Source: Octopus sinensis
Lineage: Eukaryota
Assembly: GCF_006345805.1 (NCBI RefSeq)
Contig: NC_043004.1
Location: 24,490,001-24,554,000 of the forward strand
DNA length: 64,000 nt
Direction of reading: 5' to 3'
Each line of letters starts with the position of its first letter. Positions within the stretch are counted from its first letter, which is position 1. This document shows positions 1 through 13,831 of this stretch, in pieces. The notes beneath the pieces were generated by a model that was not told the DNA's origin, ran no database searches, and saw only the letters and a program-made list of their open reading frames with translations. A program made the position numbers and the translations under genes.

Positions 1-362
1 TTAACTTTTGGTCATTTACTTATCGTCCCATGGCTCTACACGCAACATGACATAACTCTCACCAGCTTCAACCTTTCCTTGTTCTCTTTTTATCTCTTCT
101 TTTTATTATTTTCCACTATGATGAAGCTCCATGATGCAAATCGGTTTTATTACCAAATTGATAAATATTCTCTTTGTATCAAAATGGTAATTCTAAAGCA
201 CATTGGCAGCAGAAACAGATGTTAGATGGGATGCAGTCTTTTTGTAAATTATTAATAAATAATTATTGATGCAAATCAATTGTTGTTCACCAATATTCTC
301 TCCATTTTCTGTTTTCTTTTTATACACATATAAACACATATATAAATATTTCTTACTCTTTT

Positions 363-759
363 ATGTTTCAGCCTTGAGGCTGCGATCATCCTGGGGCAGC
401 GCCAGTGTAATCACCTTTCAGTTGGCCAATTTTATGGGATTGGCTTTTGGTGAAGGAGGGAGTTCGATACCGCTGCTTTCTTTTGAGATTCCCGCCTTGA
501 TATTGGATAGTAACCTGTTTCTCGATAACGTCTACTCCCACTTCATCGAGATTCCTCAGGTGTTTTAGCAAGAAGTTAAATAGCTCCTGGCCCTTGGATT
601 CCAAGCTATAGCAGTACATGGTCCAAGCCTTAGATGAGACAGCTGGGACTTTTGGAATAGTGCAATTACATCCATTTCGAGGACTGACATAACTCTCAGT
701 TTAAAGTTTGATGCCAGCCCTTCCAGTATGTCCCATACATATACCAGTGTATACCTCTA

Positions 760-768
<9 letters not shown>
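363..768 (-). mobile_element. CR1/L2-group LINE 3' fragment (RT C-terminus + 3' UTR)
   Basis: Minus-strand translation gives [18 protein letters not shown]...CTIPKVPAV...YSLESKGQELFNFLLKHLRNLDEVGVDV, matching the CR1/L2-group C-terminal pattern. The 3' UTR hairpin cagcc..ggctgaaac is shared with the copy at 19310-20141. Confidence 0.75.
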
Positions 769-822
<54 letters not shown>

Positions 823-881
823 CATACATACACATACATATATATACAAATATATACACATATATGTACACATATATTTAA

Positions 882-932
<51 letters not shown>

Positions 933-1012
933 TATATATATATATATATATATATATGCATATATATACATAAAAATACATATATATACACATGTATATA
1001 TAATATATAAAT

Positions 1013-1061
<49 letters not shown>

Positions 1062-1105
1062 TATGTGTATGTATGTACATATATATATATTTACACATAC
1101 ATATA

Positions 1106-1153
<48 letters not shown>

Positions 1154-1245
1154 TACACATATCCATACACATATATATATACATATACACACATACATAT
1201 ATACACACATGTATAAACATATATATACATTTACACACACACATG
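769..1245. repeat. Compound (TA)n/(CA)n microsatellite
   Basis: Directly visible; source of the YIYI-type ORFs. Confidence 0.95.
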
Positions 1246-2089
1246 GATGATTACTGTCTTTAATAGTCGATCAAATCATTTCTTTTTGCACTGCTCACTT
1301 GCTTTAAGTTGGTAAGTTGACCTGCATAGATCATTACAGAAGGACGTTATTGATATTATAGAGTTCAATACTGCTCAACAGCAGCAGCCATGTTTGGGCG
1401 CTTCCTGAGGAAGATATATGATTAATCCTGTTTCATTCGACCGGATACTCTGGTTAAACCATATCGGCGAACATTGGAACTAAAATTACAATGATACTAC
1501 CATCAACAGCCACGCCAATATCACAGACAAGTCGATCTTCGCGGTGCTCATAGAATTAATAACTAAGAGAAATATATAAGAAAAGTAATCTCATTTGAGT
1601 TACGGTGACAGTTAAATAAAAAAAATAGAGAGATAAGAAGTTGTAAATGACTTTGCCAAGCAGTGGCGGTAACGAGACAAAAGAAATACTATAAGATAAA
1701 AGACAATAAACAAAAAATAAACAATAAAAGTAAAACTATAAAAAATCTCTTATCTTCATTATATATACTAACTTCACTGTCTAGTATTTTTTCCGTTTCA
1801 CTTATATACTCTTCCAGTCGTTAATCTCCAAGTGACCTGCCGGTTTTCTTTCATCTATTTTGTTAGTATCCATAATTTATTATTTTTTCTTTACCAATTT
1901 AAATCTGTCTCATCGTCTACCCTTACAAACTATCAATTCGTTATACACATTAATATATACGTTCATGACAAATTCTCTCTATACCAATTATTCCAGTCTA
2001 TGTCACCCCAAATACTTTGAATATTTCTGGCTACCCACTCCCAAATACTAAAGCTTATCTGTACGCTGCATGGTACAGTAGGAGAAAGT

Positions 2090-2400
2090 AGCCGGTAGGA
2101 GAAAGGTCTACGGAATAAGCTGGGTGGAGAGAACTTCGTAGCCAAGTTCTGTCAACTTCTGGAGCATCATTAGTGAAACGTGTGGTCGAACATTGTCATG
2201 AAAAATGATTTGCCCTTTTCTGTTGACCAGTTTGGGACGGACGAATAGCAGTTTTTCGTTCATTTTGGCAATATCATGGCAATATGTTTCTGCAGTAATG
2301 GTTTTTCCGGGTTTTAAGAAGTTATAGTGGATGAGTCCAGCAGTACATGACCAAACAGTCATCATAACCTTCTTTTTGAAGAGCTCAGGTTTGTAATAGC
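2090..2400 (-). mobile_element. Mariner transposase relic, catalytic region (Hsmar1/cecropia-like)
   Basis: KKVMMTVWSCTAGLIHYNFLKPGKTITAETYC...LVNRKGQIIFHDNVRPHVS...LQKLTELGYEVL, then frameshifted AYSVDLSPTGY (YSPDL motif). Confidence 0.9.
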
Positions 2401-2784
2401 GGCAAAAAAAAATCAATGTTAATTCATTGATGCATTTGGGCAATACAATGTCTGTATTATCAGACAATTTCAAAGAAAAATGTTTAAAAAAATTCAAAAC
2501 TCTGCAAAAATCCGGTACAAATCATCATCATCATTGTTCGACCGTGGTCGAGACAATGGAATTTACCATGCTACGCCAGACTTCACGGTCCATCATGGCA
2601 TTACGGAGGTCCTGTTGCTGGATGCCTGTATCCCTGGAGATTACATAAGGGTAGGAGAGTGTGCGCCCTCTGGTATTGCGAGTAGATGGCTTCCAGAGGA
2701 GAAGAGTAGAAATTACTTCTTTTTCAGCTCTACAACAATGTCCAGCAAACTAGATTCTCCTACCTTTCAAAATGTTGTTTACAT

Positions 2785-2918
2785 TTTCGCAGTGGTTGAA
2801 CCAAAATGAAGCAGCGAAAACCTTCCCTAAACCCGATCTCTTCAAAAAGAAGCTTATGGTGACTGTTTGTTGGTGTACTGTTGGCTCATCCACTATAACT
2901 TCTTAAAACCCGGAAAAA
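2785..2918 (+). mobile_element. Second mariner fragment, inverted relative to 2090-2400
   Basis: Translates FSQWLNQNEAAKTFPKPDLFKKKLMVTVCWCTVG; 2829-2918 is a diverged reverse complement of 2302-2392. Confidence 0.85.
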
Positions 2919-2988
2919 TATTTTAAAATTATTTAAATCGCTTGTGTTTCTGCGAGTGTGTATATATAGACAGAGGGACAGGTACATT

Positions 2989-3228
<240 letters not shown>

Positions 3229-3586
3229 ATCCGGAACCATAAATATGATTACTGCATACATGAAACATCATAAGTCTCAAATAAATGAAGACGCAGCTGG
3301 AAAGCAATTTACAAAGATATTAAAACTATAGTTATAAGTCAATATTTTCATCGATTTTACTACGAAAGTGAAGCATAGGACTATTAAAACTATATGTACA
3401 AAATTTATATTGGAATTGAAATTAGATTGTAATTGATTAGCTGTATATAATATATGTGTTACAGTAATTTATCTCAATCTTGTTAGCATTAATAAAGCTA
3501 TTTCCAAAGAATTCTGATGAGCAGATATATAATGTCCAACATAGTGAAGTCATATGATACGAGTAGCAATAAACAAATATATATAC

Positions 3587-3624
<38 letters not shown>

Positions 3625-3673
3625 ATTTGTTTATTACTAATCGTATCATATGTCTTCATATATATATATATAT

Positions 3674-3772
<99 letters not shown>

Positions 3773-3813
3773 TGCATGTATGTATATATGCATATATATG
3801 TGTGTGTGTGTGC

Positions 3814-3850
<37 letters not shown>

Positions 3851-3863
3851 AACATATGTACAT

Positions 3864-4069
3864 GTGGAGGCGCGTGGCTTAGTGGTTAGGGTGTCAGCAT
3901 CATGATCGTAAGATTGTGATTTCGATTCCTGGACCGGACAACGCGTTGTGTTCTTAAGCAAAACACTTCATTTCACATTGCTCCAGTCCACTCGGCTGGC
4001 AAAAATAAGTAACGCTGCGATGGACTGGCGTCCCGCCCAGTTGGAGAACACAAACGCCATTGAAACCGG
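3864..4069 (+). mobile_element. tRNA-headed SINE (family A), 3'-truncated
   Basis: A box TGGCTTAGTGG, B box TTTCGATTCC, then a CORE-like segment gttgtgttcttaagcaaaacactt. Related copies at 5011, 41741 and 55140. Confidence 0.85.
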
Positions 4070-5010
4070 CGTTTATTATATATATATTTATATATACATT
4101 TATACATTTATATATATATAAATACATACATACATACATGCATGTGTGTGTTTGTGTGTGTGTGAATAAATGGTCGTCGAAATTACGCAAAAATCAAAAT
4201 AACACTGACATCTCATTTTAACAGATATATTTACTAAAATTACATAAAAGCATCTTGAAATACTAAACAGTAAATTTTTTAAATAAGAGGGGTGTCTTGT
4301 ACCTATATATGCATGTATATATACATATAGATGTAGGTACATACATATATGTATATATACATATGTTTTATTTATTATTTTGTTATTATATGACGAAACA
4401 CCACGCATCCTCTTCCAAGTAAGTTTTATCTTAATAATTATGATGCACACTCTTTACCTTACTGTCTCTATTTTTCTAACCTTACTGTCCCCCTCCCGTT
4501 CACTCTTCATTCTTTCTGGTTTTCTCTACCATTCTCTCCCTTTCACCGTTCTCTTTCTCTTACTCCTCCTCCTCCTCCTCCTCCTCCTTCTCATCGCTGA
4601 CATGTGACCAGAGTCCTGTCTTTCTGACCACAGCCTTCAACAGGTATAGACGGCATCCTATTCCTTTCTTATGCAGTTGTTCTCACGCGTTCAAAATAAT
4701 ATCTCTTTCGGTCGACTTAACAGCCCTTAACGTTCGTATTTCTGTTGTTCTACTTGTCCTGTCGTTTACTGTTTTTATTTTTATTTGTATTTTTACTGCC
4801 TTGTATTGTTTTTACTGTCCTGTTTTTGCTACCACTTTTACCCCTCCGCAAAAAATCTCAAATTATTTGCGGGAAGGACCGTTTCATCGAAGTCGTGTCT
4901 CACCTTTACCTTCGAAACGCGGAGTAGACGAAACGGAGGCGGATGAAGAAGGGGAATTTTCCTTGTGTCGTATGCCTTGTACCCTGTTTTTCGTTGTTTA
5001 AAAAAATGTC

Positions 5011-5173
5011 CGTAAGATTGTGGTTTCGATTCCTGGACCGGACAACCCGTTGTGTTCTTGAGCAAAACACTTCATTTCACATTGCTCCAGTCCACTCGGC
5101 TGGCAAAAATAAGTAACGCTGCAATGGACTGGCGTCCCGCCCAGCTGGAGAACACAAACGCCATTGAAACCGG
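5011..5173 (+). mobile_element. SINE family A fragment, near-identical to 3907-4069
   Basis: About 5 substitutions over about 163 nt; same 3' break at gaaaccgg. Confidence 0.85.
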
Positions 5174-5255
5174 GATAGGATAAAATATAGGATAAAATTT
5201 ACGAAAAATGTTATCAATGGCCAGCATATTAAAAAAATACCTTTAAAGGTTAAAT

Positions 5256-5455
5256 TTATAAACAAGGGCAAAAGAAAAAAATTCCAATGCCAAATATGCC
5301 GAAAATAGACTTAATCGTCAATAACCATATAATTTATCACTATAAGCTTGCTTTCGAGACGCGTGCTTGTAGTGATAAATTATATAGTTATTGACGATTA
5401 AGTCTATTTTCGGCATATTAGGCACTGGATTTTTTTCTTTTTCCCTTGTTTATAA
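5256..5455. repeat. Fold-back palindrome, about 92-bp arms, 17-nt loop
   Basis: 5256-5347 is the reverse complement of 5365-5455 with a few mismatches; the loop contains cgagacgcgt. Confidence 0.9.
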
Positions 5456-5456
5456 G

Positions 5457-6209
5457 TTATCTGGAAGTTGTTTTCTGTAAGCGATTCGAGGACACTCTAC
5501 CATTCTCTCTGGATCTCGACAACGATGTCAAAACTCGACCTTTGAGATGAATTTTCATCGTGGGGAAGAGATGGAAGTCTGCATGTATTGAATCTGGTGA
5601 ATAGGGTGAGTGCCGAAGAGATACCATGTTGTTTGGGCTACGAACGTACAAGTGAGAAGAGCTCGATGAGAGGGTGCATTGTCGTTGTGAAAAATCCAAT
5701 ACTTTGTGCTCCACAGAACCAGTCACTTTCGCTGAATGTCCTCCCTCAAAGACTTCAAAACCACGCGGTCTGGCTCTGGGGGCGAATTCTCGATGCATAA
5801 TACCGCGGATATCGAAAACACGATGAACATTCTGTTGATTAAGCTGCGGTTCTGTTGTGCCCATTAAAGCGTCCTATTAAAGCCACTCGAAACATTGCGT
5901 ACGACCCATTGCCTCATCGCCGTAACTTTACTGTAGCATGCTCAATGTCTCTGCAGCTGACTTCCCAGGTTTAACGCAAAATTTCACGCTCGCTCTTTGT
6001 TCCAACTTCATGTCCATGAAAGAAATCGCAGACAATAGCATACACGTGATCACATAAACATAAATTACACAACTTGCGAAGTAAACACAGCAACGTCACT
6101 GGGCACACTGCCTCATGAAGGTCACTGTTAGTTCTCACTGCGCTCGCAACTATATGCTGCCATCTGTTGGCGCGCTACATAAATAATCAGGGACATTTTT
6201 GATACCATG

Positions 6210-6210
<1 letters not shown>
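5457..6210 (-). mobile_element. Internally deleted mariner element
   Basis: ATG at 6017: MDMKLEQRASVKFCVKPGKSAAETLSMLQ*SYGDEAMGRTQCFEW. Downstream DIRGIMHREF and HSPYSPDSIHADFHLFPTMKIHLKGR. TIR-like end near 6210 next to (TA)n. Confidence 0.9.
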
Positions 6211-6284
<74 letters not shown>

Positions 6285-7316
6285 CAATACACCTCACTGG
6301 ATACATTTTCAATGTGATAACAATCTAATAATATTAAAGAAAATTAGATGTTATTGAGAATAATTTCATATGCAAAAACAATGTTAGTGTCTAATCAAAT
6401 ATATTTAATAACACATTAACGTCGAAATAAGAGAATGTGTGCATTGAAATGCAAATATAAAAATAAAAATTATTATTGGATAAAATTGAAGTGGATTTAA
6501 TAAATAAAATACTATTTTGCATAGTATGAAACAATTATTAGCTCTATACATCTGAAATTCATTAAATTAGACGAGTTAGAAAATCAATTTTTATTATAAT
6601 TATTTACAGAAAAAAAACTATTGGCACTGATTTCATTGGTGATTTTTATGAAATAGACACGAGTTTGATAATGTACTTGATACAATTAATAATGGTGAGC
6701 TAACTGAGTCTAGTTTTAAGTAATGTCATTTATACGTTAAATCACAGAATTGTACAATATTCTAAGTTTTGGAATTATCGGCTATTAATGTGGAGTTTCT
6801 TTGATACAACACTATTAATTTGCAAAAGAATAAAAAGAAAAGAAGAGCAGTTAAAACAGTCGTAATGTGTGTTGGATTGCATTGTTTGTTGTTATTGTTG
6901 TGAAACTGGGTGTTATATTCAAAATGTTTTTGTGTTTCATTGAAAGTGAATATTAGAGAGTTCAAAGATTAATGGAATTATGTTAATTTATTTGACGAAG
7001 TGTATGATAAAAGTATTAGGTGTTAGAATATGTTATTAGTTTGAAATGTTTTAATATTCTAAACATCTTATGTCTACCAGATGCAACTCATTTCGACGAT
7101 TAAGTAGTTAGAGTGGTAAGACTGTGTGGATGTTTGTTTGATTTTGTTCTAGTTTGAGTTATTAGAAATAGCTGGCCTTAACATTACGGGATCTAGAGAA
7201 ATGCTCCTCACTAAGACCAGGAAGAACCTGACTGTATTGGTAAAAACATCTAAGGATTATACCAGAGAACCGTTCTTCTAACTCTTCTGGTACAAGCATA
7301 TGCTTGTGTGTGTTCG

Positions 7317-7396
<80 letters not shown>

Positions 7397-7399
7397 ATT

Positions 7400-7688
7400 C
7401 GTGACAGTGACCGACCAGGCTATCAGATGTTGCTACACATCACCGGTCACAATGCGCTTCGCATTGTTTTAGCCTTCATATGACGCCACCCCGCTGGCTA
7501 AGCGAGCAGGCCAACAGAAGAAAGAGTGGGAGAAAGAGTGGTGAAAGAGTACAGCAGGGATCACCACCCCCTGCCGGAGCCCCGTGGAGCTTTTAGGTGT
7601 TTTCGCTCAATAAACACTCACAACGCCCGGTCTGGGAATCGAAACCGCGATCCTACGACCGCGAGTCCACTGGGCCATAGTGCCTCCA
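7400..7688 (-). mobile_element. tRNA-headed SINE (family E)
   Basis: Reverse complement of the copy at 41895-42205; head gtggaggcac..tggcccagtgg and B box gtttcgattccc. Confidence 0.85.
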
Positions 7689-7705
7689 CACACACACACA
7701 CACAC

Positions 7706-7741
<36 letters not shown>

Positions 7742-9160
7742 AGATTGTATAAAGGCTATATGCGCATATATATATTGATATATTTATGTACATAAATATA
7801 TATGCATTTACGTGTACATATATGTACATACATACATAACTATATGTGCATTTATGTGTGCGTGTATGTATCTATAGAGTATGTACAGTCCATATATATG
7901 TGCGTATGTGTTGGTGTGTGTGAGTATGTACACATACATGTGTGTCGGGGTGGCTGGAGTGTCATTGTCACTGTTTATTTAGAGAGAGCTTCCTGTAAAT
8001 TACGTTTAGACTGTATCTCATTAACCTTTACATCAATATATCAATGTATAGCATCAAACCATGCATAAAGAAGCTAAAATACTGTCATATGCCTAAATCT
8101 GTGAGGTAGAATAAAACAGTTGTACTTTATAATCTCTCCTAAAATTAATATCTGTTTCTTGCGAACTGTAACTGCTCATTGAGCCGATACTTCTTCGTAG
8201 TTTAATGTAGCATTAAGCCAACGAAATCTACAATTCACTAATCAATCAATGCTTATTTATCTCACTCAAGTGGAATGGTTCAGTTCTTTCGTTGTTGTTC
8301 TTGTTGGTTTTGTTCCTAATCGGATTCACCTTTAAATAGTTTGCTGTAAGATGAAACGGACGAGAAACTCTGGTATTTTACTATATTAACACGTGTCATG
8401 TGTTCAAATCTCTTTTAGTTATTGTATTTCTTGAATGAAAAAACGGGAGAATCTTTATTCGACATTTCTGTATCAGTTTTCCCGGGGACATATATAATAG
8501 GAAACTCTACTTTGATCGATTGGCATTCGATACGAAAGGGATAATTATCTTTCAAATTCTTTATGTCATGATCCCAATACAAAAATATACAAAAACACTT
8601 CTAGTTTCGAATCTTACGTTAGCAGTTCTGATTTAGCTTGATCAAAACCGCAATTTAAGTTGTCAACCCAGGAAATGAGTTCTCTATATACAATACATCG
8701 TTTTTCAGCACTATATTAACACACGCTATATTTATGAATATTCCTTTCACCACCAGAAATAATTTCCCTAAAGTATTTTACATCGAATACGATGTGGCTA
8801 AATAAAATAATAAACGCTGCACTTTACACCACGTAAAATAAAATATTGTTGCAGCTTAAAACACGTAAGTTCTAGATCACGTTATGTTACAGCTTATACG
8901 AACGTTAAGTTGCAGCTTACATCATGTTACACATAACACCTTATGTTGCCCCCATACGCCTCGTTATATTGAATTACAGTTTACAACTTTTCCTTCATTC
9001 ATACTTTTTTATTATTTCCATACGTTATGGAAGAGGTACTGGCAAACATATTTAAACCTATTTTTAGTTGAACTAATTATGAATAACGAGTTAAACTCAT
9101 GTAATATTCTAGGTTTTTTTTTACATTCCAAGGTAATGTGATTTTGTAAAAGAAAACTGG

Positions 9161-9208
<48 letters not shown>

Positions 9209-9295
9209 AGAGTGTTAGGTGTGATATACAGTATTGAATATTGAAAAAAAAGTCGTCAGAAGTTTGGAAAAAAAATCCTTTTACTACTTCATTAT

Positions 9296-9333
9296 TATAA
9301 GGGCTTTCGTTCGTTTCTAGAACTTGTCAAATA
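9296..9333 (-). ncRNA. Type I hammerhead motif, U3-A8 core variant, in a solo PLE-like tail
   Basis: Minus strand reads UAU UUGACAA GUUC-uagaaac-GAAC GAAA gccc U U AUA. About 110 nt downstream it runs into (TA)n, like the PLE 3' end at 29102-29278. Confidence 0.6.
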
Positions 9334-9521
9334 CAATTTTGTGAATGTACAAACAGCTTATTCATTTATATAAAATAGATGCTTTTAGAAGAGAAGGTTG
9401 TTTTTCTTTTGGGGATTTTTTTTTTTTTTTTGTGAGGTTCCAAGAAAATGGAGATGTATAGATAGAAATATAGGTAGGCTGATGGATGGATCGATGGATC
9501 GATGGATGGATAGATGGATAG

Positions 9522-9657
<136 letters not shown>

Positions 9658-10254
9658 TCATACAGATAGACAGATGGGTAGAGAGAAAGAGAGAGAAGGA
9701 CTATACATCTTCCTATTCCCCATTCATTCATTTATTTGATTATTTTCTCCTTTACCATTGTATTGGAATGGGTTTAAAGATGGTGACCTCTTTAAAAAAA
9801 CAGGTGTGGTTTGATCATCACTGACAGTCTTATTTTTTTCTCCATTTTCCCTTTCTTCTGTTCTTCTTTCCTTTTTCCTTCCCTTTTCTTCCTTTCTTAT
9901 TCTCTCTTTGTGTTATATTTAGAATATACCCCTTCTAAACATTTATTTTGGGAGGGATTTTTTTGATAAAGTACAGTTCTGCATGAAAATACATTAGTAT
10001 AGTTTTTGCAAATTAACAATTTGAAAAATCAATCAGTAAGTAAAATAAAAAGAATATAATATATATATATATATATGTGTGTGTGTGTATATATATATGT
10101 ATATATATATATATATATATGTATGTGTATATATACATACACATGTATGCACACACACACATATATATATATATATATACACATACACACACACACACAT
10201 ATATATATAATGATAAATCTCAGAGCGAGTTATAAGCAGTAGCGGTAACACATC

Positions 10255-10563
10255 GTGACGCATATTTGCCATTTGAATATGGCTAACCCCTAAGGGTGGA
10301 TGCTACTGTAGTTTGTAGCCCCAGGAAGATATCTCCTCTAGCTGGCTATAGACACACTATCTGTGCCCTCTCAGTATTTGTGAAGGGAAGTCGAGTCCGT
10401 GTGTATCATGAGTTGAAGACGGGGAGGATGACTTCCCTTCACAAATACTGAGAGGGCACAGATAGTGTGGCTATAGCCAGCTGGAGGAGATATCTTCCTG
10501 GGGCTACAAACTACAGTAGCATCCACCCTTAGGGGTTAGCCATATTCAAATGGCAAATATGCG

Positions 10564-10567
<4 letters not shown>
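10255..10567. repeat. Near-perfect palindrome, 138-bp arms, 37-nt loop (MITE- or pLTR-like)
   Basis: 10255-10392 vs 10430-10567 are reverse complements with 2 mismatches; the right arm abuts (TA)n. Confidence 0.95.
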
Positions 10568-10647
<80 letters not shown>

Positions 10648-10790
10648 TATACGTAAAGCTTGAACATCCCAATGCTACACATATATATATATCTGAACAT
10701 TTGTAGAGATGAGCCACATTTGGAATAAAGAATTCAAATTCTCCACTTTACCTTCAATTTTAGAGAGGATTCCTTGATGAAGTGTGTGTA

Positions 10791-10827
<37 letters not shown>

Positions 10828-11405
10828 ACGTGGGTTACTTGCATGTGTATGAGTAAGTATATGTGTGTGGTGAATTTTTAGAGGGAGAGAAAAGCGAAAA
10901 GGAGAGAAAGAGAGAAAAAAGGAATAAGAAAAAGGAAAGAAAGTAAGAAAGAAAGAAAGAAAGAAAAAAAGAAAGAAAGTGCTCATTTTATGAGACAGGT
11001 GAATTTATTTTGTATTCTTATTGTCAGTTGCTACACAGCTGTTGAAGTCAATGACAATTTAGGATGTCAATTTTGTTTTAGCTATTGTTTTGAAAGCATC
11101 TCTCCCTATCTTTCTCTCTGTTTACACATAAGTGTAAAAGTGTGGTGAATTTTTGGAGGTTTAATTAGAGTGAAAAAAAGAAAGAAAGAAAGAAAGAAAG
11201 AAAGGGGTCTTTTTCCTGAGGTGGTTGAGATTGTACTCCTTTCTTATGATCAGTTACTACACAACTGTTGAAGTGATAATTTAAGGTGCCAATTTGTCAT
11301 TCTTTTCAAATCACCTGTCTCTCTTTGTCTCGCTCTCTCTCTCTCTCTCATTATATACATATTAACTTGTTTGTAAATATACACATAAATATGCTCGTAT
11401 TTTAT

Positions 11406-11471
<66 letters not shown>

Positions 11472-11849
11472 AGAGAGGGGGGGACAGATAGACCTATCGA
11501 AGTCATTGAATTAGGAAATTTAATGAAAAGTGAAAAAAGTAAATGTTAATATTTGTTTTTAATAATGGAATTACTAAAATGAATTGAATTTTTGGTATCC
11601 ATAAAATAAATATATTAGTTAGAAAGTGAAAGCAATAGTAGAGAATATACGTTAGTAATTTTCAAAGACATCTTAACTAAATAGTTATATTCTATTGCAT
11701 GTATTAAACATGCGGACTTATTCTGAGATTCTCCCTTTCTTTTAAGGAAATATACAACAGGAAATTGGTTTGGAAGAGATCATTAGACTACATGCTAAAT
11801 GGAAATATAACCCTTTTTACTATAAGCACAAAGCCTGTGTTTTTCGGGA

Positions 11850-11998
11850 GGGTACTTAACTGGCACTTATTTTATCCTCCCGAAAGGAATAAAAATCAAA
11901 ACCGACCTCGGCGGATTTTGAACTCAGAATATAAAGACGGTTGTAATGTCGCAAAGCATTCCCCCCGACGTCGTTACGATTCTGCCAGCACGACGCCT
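11850..11998 (-). mobile_element. SINE family B, diverged copy
   Basis: Reverse complement of the aaggcggcgagctggcagaa...gagttcaaattccgccgaggtcg family (full copy at 48503). Confidence 0.75.
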
Positions 11999-12576
11999 TA
12001 ATAAATATATCAAATATTACTTGTGTGAGGGGTTATTTTATTTATGTTAATGGTTTAAAATCACAGGTACTTTTACGTATCATAAGTAAATATTGCAGGC
12101 ATTTTGTAGAGGAAAAGAATAAAACAATATAATTTTGAAACTGTATTATATGGTAACTTCTCTAATAACAGGTCATTCAATGACAATTCATGATATTTCA
12201 AAGACCAGGTGTAAGTCTCACATAAAAGTATTCAAATGTATCGAATCTGTTCAACACCACCGCATGCACACAGGTGCACACACACACACACACACACGTA
12301 TACGTATATATATATATATATATATATATATACTCACAGACATACATGTATGTTTACAGTGCCAGATTTCGATCGCATGTATAATGCAAGTGTGTTCATA
12401 CATTTTAGTTGACAAATAATTTTGTATACATTTAGAAACTTATTGATTCACAAGCTAAAGGCATGAATTATCATTACGCAGTGCAGTATTAATCAATAAT
12501 TTAGTAGAAATTTAAACACCTCGCATCCTGTATATTTCACACTGTTTACATGTGTTAGCCATTATTATGCAGTCGT

Positions 12577-12617
12577 ATGCACACACAACACATATATACA
12601 AATATATATAATATATA

Positions 12618-12666
<49 letters not shown>

Positions 12667-13002
12667 CATATATATACATGCATATATATATACATATATA
12701 TATTCATTATATATATATCATATATATATATATATTCATATATATACTATATATATATGAATAATATACATGCATATATATATTCATATATATACATGCA
12801 TATATATATGCATATATATATATATATATATACATATATATACATATATATACATATATATACATATATATATACATATAAATATATATATGTATATATA
12901 TCTACATATATATATGTATATATATATGTAATATATATTAATATATATCTACATATATATATATGTATATATATCTACATATATATATGTATATATATCT
13001 AC

Positions 13003-13033
<31 letters not shown>

Positions 13034-13118
13034 TATATTAATATATATATATATATAATCTACATATATATATATATATCTACATATATATATATATATC
13101 TATATTATCTACATATAT

Positions 13119-13170
<52 letters not shown>

Positions 13171-13195
13171 CATATATATACATATATAACACATA
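12577..13195. repeat. Long degenerate (TA)n-derived tract
   Basis: About 600 bp of TA repeats with interspersed C, directly visible. Confidence 0.9.
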
Positions 13196-13514
13196 TGTTG
13201 TAGTTTAATTTTAAAGTTAGTGTTTAATCCTGCCTACATTTGATTAATACTGTTGTATATAGGATGTGCGTGAAAGTTATGTTTAGTTTTTTGGTATGTT
13301 TTTTTCCAAACAGCACTTCTTTTAGTGCAGTTGACACCTGCGGATTGAATGGCACCGTTCAGGTGTTGAAACCATAATGATATCCGTGGGGCAGCTGATG
13401 ATGGAGGTATGTTGGATTGTTGGTATGGCTGTTTTTGTATATGTGGAATAGTGTTATAATACATCCTTTTGATACACTCACACTCACTCACACACACCAC
13501 ACACGCATATATAC

Positions 13515-13579
<65 letters not shown>

Positions 13580-13831
13580 CTATTATGTTATAGAAAGTAT
13601 GAGCTATTTACGGAGTGCTCATAGAGAACAATACGAAAAAATTCAGAGTAGAGGCAATTGAAAACACAAATCATAGGCAGTCAAACAGATGTTTTATGCA
13701 TAACTAATGTTGATGTGTATAAATATATATGATTCAATTACATTGTTTGAATATCTTAATTTATGCGTTCGGGGATCCGTTTGCCTGTGATTTTTCATTT
13801 CAATATCCTCTACTTTATATATATATATATA

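Noticed and set aside
113-155. Hammerhead-like relic tgatgaagc..gcaaatcggt
   Set aside because: Too many core changes and no stem I.
3864-3940. tRNA gene
   Set aside because: A and B boxes are present, but it runs into SINE body sequence without an acceptor stem or terminator. The same holds for the heads at 7688, 41895, 55285 and 60931.
13240-13480. Possible PLE endonuclease tail (KEVLFGKKHTKKLN)
   Set aside because: One short weak motif with no GIY-YIG core.
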